Positions 14,875 through 19,723 of a DNA stretch of 19,723 nt are shown here, in pieces; positions within the stretch are counted from its first letter, which is position 1, and each line of letters opens with the position of its first letter. The position numbers and the translations under genes are program-made. Where the stretch lies: IMG/VR virus record IMGVR_UViG_3300023184_000047, positions 98,057-117,779 of that record; one strand, given 5' to 3'. The notes under the pieces were generated by a model that did no database searches, was not told the DNA's origin, and saw only the letters and a program-made list of their open reading frames with translations. This stretch comes from a virus. Lineage: Duplodnaviria; Heunggongvirae; Uroviricota; Caudoviricetes.

Positions 14875-14876
14875 GT

Positions 14877-14885
14877 ATATTTATA
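14877..14885 (+). promoter_or_regulatory. ATATTTATW motif copy 6
   Basis: ATATTTATA, 13 nt before the terL ATG. Confidence 0.65.
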
Positions 14886-14898
14886 TATAAAATAATAT

Positions 14899-16482
14899 AT
14901 GAGTGAACAACAAGATATAAAGGAGATAATTAAACAGGAATACATTAAATGTATGACTGACCCTGCTCACTTTATGAAAAAATATTGTATGATTCAACAC
15001 CCAACAAGGGGAAGAATACAATTCAATTTATACCCATTTCAAGATAAGGTTCTATACCAATTCCAAAAAAATAACTATAACGTTGTATTAAAATCAAGAC
15101 AGTTAGGTATCTCAACATTAGTAGCTGGTTTTTCTTTATGGTTAATGTTATTTCAAAGAGATAAAAATATACTTTGTATCGCTACAAAACAGGAAACTGC
15201 TAAAAACATGGTAACTAAAGTACGATTTATGTACGATAATTTACCTTCCTGGTTAAAAGGAGCCGAGAAACCCTTGGAGAACAACAAGCTCTTACTTAAA
15301 TTACCTAATGGTTCTCAAGTTAAAGCAGTATCGGCAGCAGGGGATGCAGGTCGTTCAGAAGCCGTTTCTTTACTTATAATAGATGAGGCCGCGTTCATTG
15401 ATAGTATACATGAAATATTTGCTTCGGCTCAACAAACGTTAGCAACTGGAGGAGGATGTATAGCATTATCTACTCCAAATGGTACGGGAAATTGGTTCCA
15501 CCAAACATGGCAGAAAGCTGAAATAGGAGCTAATTCATTTGTTCCAATTAGGTTAAAATGGAATGTACATCCTGAACGAGATCAAGTATGGCGTGATCAA
15601 CAAGATGCTGATTTAGGGCTTAGAATGGCTGCTCAAGAGTGTGATTGCGATTTTAGTACTTCTGGAGATACAGTATTTGAAGCCGACGTAATGCAATGGG
15701 TTGAAGCTAATTTAGCTGACCCACTTGAAAAACGAGGAGTAGACGGAAATTTATGGATATGGGAACAACCAGATTACAGTCGATCATACTTAGTAACAGC
15801 TGACGTTGCTAGAGGAGATGGAAAAGATTACTCAGCTTGTCATGTTTTTGATTTAGAAACCTCAACTCAAGTAGCCGAATATAAGGGGCAAATAGGAACT
15901 CGTGATTATGGACATTTATTAGTTGGGTTAGCAGCAGAATATAATGATGCTTTATTAGCAATTGAAAATGCAAATGTTGGTTGGGATACTGTGCAAACAG
16001 CTATTGATAGAGGATATAAAAATTTATATTACTCACCTAAAACTGAAGCATATACATCAGACCAATGGGCAAGACGATCAGAAAATCTAGACAGTTTAGT
16101 AGCTGGTTTTACAACATCAGTTAAAACTCGCCCTTTAATGATTGAAAAGTTTAGAGAATATACTCATGAAAAAGCATGTGTTATTCGTTCTAAACGTTTA
16201 TTAGATGAAATGAAAGTATTTATCTGGAAGAATGGTAAAGCACAAGCTCAAGAAGGATATAATGACGATTCCGTAATGGCTTTCAGTATGGGACTTTACT
16301 TAAGAGATACAGCATTAAGATTTAGAAAATCTAACATAGAATACGATAGAACAAATTTAATGAATATGACTATGGATAGAGGTACCATGAATGCTATAAA
16401 CGCACAAGGGCAACAAATGGCTAATCCATGGAAAATACAAGCAGACCACGGTACTGAAGACATAACGTGGTTATTAAGATAA
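14899..16482 (+). CDS. terL: Terminase large subunit (T4 gp17-like)
   Basis: Q-motif LYPFQ, Walker A VLKSRQLGIST, Walker B LLIIDEAAF, coupling motif STPNG, RNase H-like nuclease ADVARGDGKDYS ... DDSVM. Confidence 0.96.
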   Translation: MSEQQDIKEIIKQEYIKCMTDPAHFMKKYCMIQHPTRGRIQFNLYPFQDKVLYQFQKNNYNVVLKSRQLGISTLVAGFSLWLMLFQRDKNILCIATKQETAKNMVTKVRFMYDNLPSWLKGAEKPLENNKLLLKLPNGSQVKAVSAAGDAGRSEAVSLLIIDEAAFIDSIHEIFASAQQTLATGGGCIALSTPNGTGNWFHQTWQKAEIGANSFVPIRLKWNVHPERDQVWRDQQDADLGLRMAAQECDCDFSTSGDTVFEADVMQWVEANLADPLEKRGVDGNLWIWEQPDYSRSYLVTADVARGDGKDYSACHVFDLETSTQVAEYKGQIGTRDYGHLLVGLAAEYNDALLAIENANVGWDTVQTAIDRGYKNLYYSPKTEAYTSDQWARRSENLDSLVAGFTTSVKTRPLMIEKFREYTHEKACVIRSKRLLDEMKVFIWKNGKAQAQEGYNDDSVMAFSMGLYLRDTALRFRKSNIEYDRTNLMNMTMDRGTMNAINAQGQQMANPWKIQADHGTEDITWLLR

Positions 16483-16486
16483 AAAA

Positions 16487-16495
16487 ATATTTATA
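16487..16495 (+). promoter_or_regulatory. ATATTTATW motif copy 7
   Basis: ATATTTATA in the 16-nt terL-portal gap, only 3 nt before the ATG. Confidence 0.55.
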
Positions 16496-16498
16496 AAC

Positions 16499-18361
16499 AT
16501 GATAGATACATCCTTATTTGGTAGATTAAAACGATTATTCTCAAACGACGTAATCATTAGAAACGTTGGCGGGAGCCAAATACAAGTTATAGACAGCGAT
16601 CACATTCAAGCAACTGGTGTGGTTCAAACCAATATGTATCCTGAGAGATACCAACGTATCTATACAGGGGGTTTAGGTACATATATTGGTAATGCCCCCT
16701 ACTCTAACTTCACAGTATTAAGACCTCAATTATATAACGATTATGAGGTAATGGATGGTGATCCAATCGTTGCTTCTGTATTAGATATCGTTGCTGACGA
16801 ATCTACACTTAAAAACGGGGCAGGTGAGGTATTAGCTATTAAATCCTCAGACGAAAACATACAAAGAATATTATATAATTTATTCTATGATGTACTTAAT
16901 ATAGAATTTAACCTTTGGGGTTGGATTCGTTCAATGTGTAAGTATGGTGATTTTTATTTACACCTACACATTGCTGAAAAATATGGTGTATATCAAGTTA
17001 TTCCACTTAATGTTTACAACGTACTTAGAGAAGAAGGAATAGATCCTAAAAATCCATCTTATGTTCGATTTAGAGTTGAACCAAATGCTTCTTATACAGG
17101 TGTATTAGGTGGGTTAGATAATAATGATATGGTTTTTGAAAACTATGAAGTAGCCAATTTTAGACTCCTAGGAGACTACAACTTCTTACCATACGGAAGA
17201 TCATACATCGAACCAGCTCGTAAAATATTTAAACAATTAGCGTTGATGGAAGATGCGATGTTAATTCACCGTATATTAAGAGCACCACAACGTAGAGTTT
17301 ATTATGTGGATACAGGAAATGTTCCACCAAATGAAATTCCTGCATTTATGGAAAAACTTAAAGGACAAACTCAACGTACTCCTATGGTTGACCCAAAAAC
17401 AGGTGAATACAATTTACGTTATAATATGATGACTGTAAATGAAGATTTTTACATACCTGTTAGAGGCGGAAATACATCAACTAAAATTGATACTTTACCT
17501 GGTCTTGAATATAACGCAATCGAAGACGTTGTTTACTTAAGAGATAAAATGCTATCTGCTATGAAAGTGCCAAAAGCATTTTTAGGATATGAAGCAGATG
17601 TTGAAGGTAAATCTACATTAGCACAACAAGATATTCGTTTCGCTCGTACAATTGAACGTATTCAACGTATTGTTGTATCTGAATTAACTAAAATAGCATT
17701 AGTTCATTTATATGCTCAAGGGTATACTGATGAAAATTTAACAAACTTTGAATTAGAATTAACTACTCCATCTATTGTTTACGATCAAGAAAGAGTAGCA
17801 TTAATGAAGGAAAAAGTTGATTTAGCTAAACAAATTATAGATACAGGTTTGTTCCCAACAGACTACATTTATGATTATATATTCCATATGAGTGAAGACA
17901 AATATGATGATATGAGAGATTTAGTTGTTGAAGATAAAAAACGTATGTTTAGATTATCTCAAATCGAAAACGAAGGTAATGACCCTGTTACAAGTGGAGA
18001 ATCATATGGAACACCACATGATCTTGCTTCATTATATGGTAAAGGAAGAAACAATATGGGTGTACCACCAGCATATGATGAGGATGTACCTGTTGGAAGA
18101 CCACAAGAAAAAACATCAGTTTACAATACACAAAAACGCATATTAGGTAAAGACCCACTTGGTAAATCTATAGAATTAAACCCAGATGGTCCAAATATGC
18201 CAAATCCTAAAGGTGGATCACCTTTGGCACTTGAAACAACTAAAGCAGTATTTGCTCAAAATAAAAAAATGCTTAGTGAAATGTTTACTAAAACAACGGT
18301 ATTTAATAAAGAAGAACAAGGTTCCTCATTATTAGATGAATCAAATCTTAAAGATTTATAA
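16499..18361 (+). CDS. Portal protein (T4 gp20-like)
   Basis: SYIEPARKIFKQLALMEDAMLIHRILRAPQRRVYYVDTGNVPP and EDFYIPVRGG...IDTLPG match the conserved T4 gp20-family blocks; adjacent to terL. Confidence 0.93.
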   Translation: MIDTSLFGRLKRLFSNDVIIRNVGGSQIQVIDSDHIQATGVVQTNMYPERYQRIYTGGLGTYIGNAPYSNFTVLRPQLYNDYEVMDGDPIVASVLDIVADESTLKNGAGEVLAIKSSDENIQRILYNLFYDVLNIEFNLWGWIRSMCKYGDFYLHLHIAEKYGVYQVIPLNVYNVLREEGIDPKNPSYVRFRVEPNASYTGVLGGLDNNDMVFENYEVANFRLLGDYNFLPYGRSYIEPARKIFKQLALMEDAMLIHRILRAPQRRVYYVDTGNVPPNEIPAFMEKLKGQTQRTPMVDPKTGEYNLRYNMMTVNEDFYIPVRGGNTSTKIDTLPGLEYNAIEDVVYLRDKMLSAMKVPKAFLGYEADVEGKSTLAQQDIRFARTIERIQRIVVSELTKIALVHLYAQGYTDENLTNFELELTTPSIVYDQERVALMKEKVDLAKQIIDTGLFPTDYIYDYIFHMSEDKYDDMRDLVVEDKKRMFRLSQIENEGNDPVTSGESYGTPHDLASLYGKGRNNMGVPPAYDEDVPVGRPQEKTSVYNTQKRILGKDPLGKSIELNPDGPNMPNPKGGSPLALETTKAVFAQNKKMLSEMFTKTTVFNKEEQGSSLLDESNLKDL

Positions 18362-18369
18362 ACAAGTAC

Positions 18370-18378
18370 ATATTTATA
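18370..18378 (+). promoter_or_regulatory. ATATTTATW motif copy 8
   Basis: ATATTTATA, intergenic, 17 nt before GTG 18396. Confidence 0.65.
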
Positions 18379-18395
18379 ATTAGTAAATTAACAGA

Positions 18396-19247
18396 GTGAA
18401 ACTAAAACACAATAAATTTAAGAACACTGGTATTTTATTTGAACTACTTACCAGGCAGATCACCGCAGATATTATGTCTAATAAAGAGTCGGCGGCTGTT
18501 GGTATTGTTAAAAAATATTTTTCCAAGGGAGAAATTGGAAAGGAATACAAATTATATCAAGCTTTAACTAAAGTTGCTTCTTTAAACGAAGCAAAAGCTG
18601 AAAGTATTATATCTTCTACAATTAAGTTAGCAGAACGTTTAAACCGTACTGCATTACGTAAAGAAAAATATAACCTTATTAAGGAACTTAAACAACATTA
18701 TGATTTAGAGGATTTTTTTAAAGCAAAAATTCATAATTATAAGGCGCATGCTTCTGTTTATAATCTAATTGAAGCTCAAATATCATTAGAATTTATAGAT
18801 CCATCATTTATCATTGATAATAAAGTAACTTTACTTGAATTCTTAACAAAACAAGATATAGACAAAGATAAAGTTGAAAATCAAGTAATGCTTGAATATG
18901 CTTCTCAAGATAAAGCTACACGTGCTTTGATCTCTAAAATAATGGTTGAAAAATTTAATGAAAAGTATGCTAATTTAATACCGGAACAACGTGAAGTATT
19001 AAGAGTATATATTAATAAAATTTCTAATACTGTTTCTTTAAAAGAATTTATTAATGAGAATTTAGAAGGTATTAAAAATTCATTAGAATTATTACAACAT
19101 AAAGTAGTAGATCAAAGAACTCAAATTAAACTTAAAGAATTAGCATCTATAATTAAACCTTTAGATAAAACTGAACAAGTTAAAGACGAAGATATACTAA
19201 ATATCCTCCAGTTTCATGAATTAATACATGAAATTAAAGCTCTATGA
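18396..19247 (+). CDS. Helical hypothetical protein in the head-assembly position
   Basis: 283-aa ORF with GTG start (KHNKFKNTGILFELL...), directly after the portal. Confidence 0.8.
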   Translation: MKLKHNKFKNTGILFELLTRQITADIMSNKESAAVGIVKKYFSKGEIGKEYKLYQALTKVASLNEAKAESIISSTIKLAERLNRTALRKEKYNLIKELKQHYDLEDFFKAKIHNYKAHASVYNLIEAQISLEFIDPSFIIDNKVTLLEFLTKQDIDKDKVENQVMLEYASQDKATRALISKIMVEKFNEKYANLIPEQREVLRVYINKISNTVSLKEFINENLEGIKNSLELLQHKVVDQRTQIKLKELASIIKPLDKTEQVKDEDILNILQFHELIHEIKAL

Positions 19248-19723
19248 TACCTGACAACATTAAAAAAATAATAGACGAAATACTTGATGAAACACTATCC
19301 GAAATGGATGGTGCTACTAGCACTACAGCTAGTGCTGGGGGTGGGTACAATAGTAAATTTTTTCTTAAAAAACTTGACGAAAAAACACCTACATTAGCCG
19401 CAGGAACAGCAAACATCAGTTCATATACTAAAGATGGATTTAAGAAAGTTCCAGAAGGAATGCCATCTGACTCTAAAGTATATGATTACAAACAGTTTCC
19501 ATCGGAACCAAAACCAAAATCTATTAAACTTTATAAAGAAGAACAATTAAATGAGATATCTTATCGTCGTTTTAATGAAAATGTTTCTAAAGTAACACCT
19601 GAACGTAAAATTACTCGCGCATTATCTGAAGTAAAAAAACGCATTAGAGAAATAGAGCAAGTAATTGAATATTCTTCTAGATTAAAAGACGAAAATATAA
19701 TAAAAAAGGAGACATTTTGGGTA
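19244..19723 (+). CDS. Hypothetical protein (candidate prohead core protein), 3'-truncated; missing from the ORF track
   Basis: ATG 19244 (ATGA overlap), open to the window end: MIPDNIKKIIDEILDETLSEMDGATSTTASAGGG...EQLNEISY...KETFWV. Confidence 0.8.
   Translation, partial: MIPDNIKKIIDEILDETLSEMDGATSTTASAGGGYNSKFFLKKLDEKTPTLAAGTANISSYTKDGFKKVPEGMPSDSKVYDYKQFPSEPKPKSIKLYKEEQLNEISYRRFNENVSKVTPERKITRALSEVKKRIREIEQVIEYSSRLKDENIIKKETFWV

Noticed and set aside
13822-18146. Alternative-frame plus-strand ORFs 13822-14004 and 17925-18146
   Set aside because: Fully nested in well-supported genes (13497 protein, portal) and lacking any signal of their own.
14899-18361. Intein or intron insertions in terL or portal
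   Set aside because: Both ORFs are continuous, terL is of normal length (527 aa), and no intein splice motifs or homing endonuclease signatures are evident.
82-19416. Minus-strand ORFs from the track (82-348, 556-813, 5164-5388, 6357-6560, 6368-6565, 7118-7315, 7783-7965, 9306-9542, 10403-10603, 10863-11072, 14101-14445, 19234-19416)
   Set aside because: They are short shadows of convincing plus-strand genes, with no recognisable motifs or supporting promoters.
1-19723. Stop-codon reassignment (TAG), as in some Bacteroidota phages
   Set aside because: All genes read uninterrupted in code 11. None of the called genes ends in TAG, but there are no in-frame TAGs needing suppression, so there is no positive evidence.

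Overview
AT-rich, densely coding, all plus-strand segment of a large tailed dsDNA bacteriophage genome. It carries a T4-like DNA packaging module: large terminase (14899-16482) directly followed by a gp20-like portal (16499-18361). The host is probably in Bacteroidota. Evidence for this is three TTTG-N19/20-TAnnTTTA promoters, no Shine-Dalgarno sequences, and a signal peptide with Gln at +1. Upstream lie about 20 mostly uncharacterised genes in two apparent regulatory classes. (1) Operons preceded by an ATATTTATW motif (8 intergenic copies; the reverse complement of the T4 late promoter). Several of their proteins start with a short leader ending in [ILV]-x-E (three 10-residue MI(K/N)LxxhhxE copies) and carry internal hydrophobic-x-E sites, which recalls the T4 capsid-targeting sequence and gp21 processing. 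Candidate cargo modules include HiPIP-like, EF-hand/dockerin-like, SH3/WYL-like and basic Cys-containing units; the same operons also encode zincin-like, cupin-like and AT-hook-like domains. (2) Enzymes behind host-type promoters: a DEDD exonuclease, a COG2509-like FAD oxidoreductase and a P-loop kinase-like protein. A compact pseudoknot-capable RNA element plus an intrinsic terminator (11013-11093) sits between an SH3/WYL-like gene and the oxidoreductase. No tRNA, rRNA, CRISPR array, intron/intein or mobile element was seen. All family assignments come from motif recognition by eye; no database searches were run.
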